In this document: positions 63,581 to 64,000 of the stretch, piece after piece | How positions within the stretch are numbered: position 1 is the first letter of the stretch | Layout of the letters: every line of letters starts with the position of its first letter | Origin: Squalus acanthias | Lineage: Eukaryota | Direction of reading: 5' to 3' | Assembly: GCA_030390025.1 (NCBI GenBank) | Contig: JASTWF010000036.1 | Location: 186,001 to 250,000, forward strand | DNA length: 64,000 nt | Position numbers and translations under genes: made by a program | Notes under the pieces: model-generated | The model's database searches: none | Told to the model about the DNA's origin: nothing | The model's input: only the letters and a program-made list of their open reading frames with translations

Positions 63581-64000
63581 AACACAGGGGCTCTCCATTC
63601 AGGAGCAGGCCCGGTTCTGGCACAAAACTGCGGTGCGTCAGACTGTGTCCCATTGTGTAGAACTCGCACGAGTTTCCTATTGTCGGCTTGGGTTGTGGTT
63701 TCCAATTCTTCACTTCCACTTGAGTGTTTGATCAGAGGCCAGCAGCAACACATTTAGGAATTTTAATAACTTTGAGGCGAGATTCGAGACCTCTCCACTT
63801 CCTTTCGTTTGAATCACTTTCCCAACAGTTTAACATAAAAGTGCGGCACAAACATTTTCCGATAACTGTTTCTCGGCGCACAACTCTCCCAGGTCGGGGC
63901 AAAGGGTAGCTATTCTGAGTGGTGGAAGGCAGGGTTCCACAGGGATCACAAACTCAGGGCCATCAATATAAGACGATCACGAATAAATCCCTAATAAATA

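Overview
This is eukaryotic genomic DNA, most likely from a cartilaginous fish (shark-type CR1 LINEs, DeuSINE/V-SINE-like SINEs). It has two fixed 200-N scaffold gaps (128-327, 49131-49330). The minus strand carries LRP1: ten phase-consistent 3' exons (last YWTD propeller end, EGF repeats, TM helix, NPxY tail, ~1.7 kb 3'UTR with polyA signal), plus one exon at 62053-62297 from much earlier in the protein. Roughly 2,500 residues of coding sequence are therefore absent across the second gap. An SLC48A1 (HRG-1)-like terminal exon sits at the left edge. Nearly everything else is transposon-derived: an intact CR1 ORF2, a near full-length CR1 with an esterase ORF1, many nested CR1 fragments, RTE and L2 fragments, MITEs, and Penelope-like elements of two families carrying minimal hammerhead ribozymes. 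At least six different minisatellite families resemble short segments of these retroelements, and most have expanded in place within them. No prokaryotic system or CRISPR array is present.
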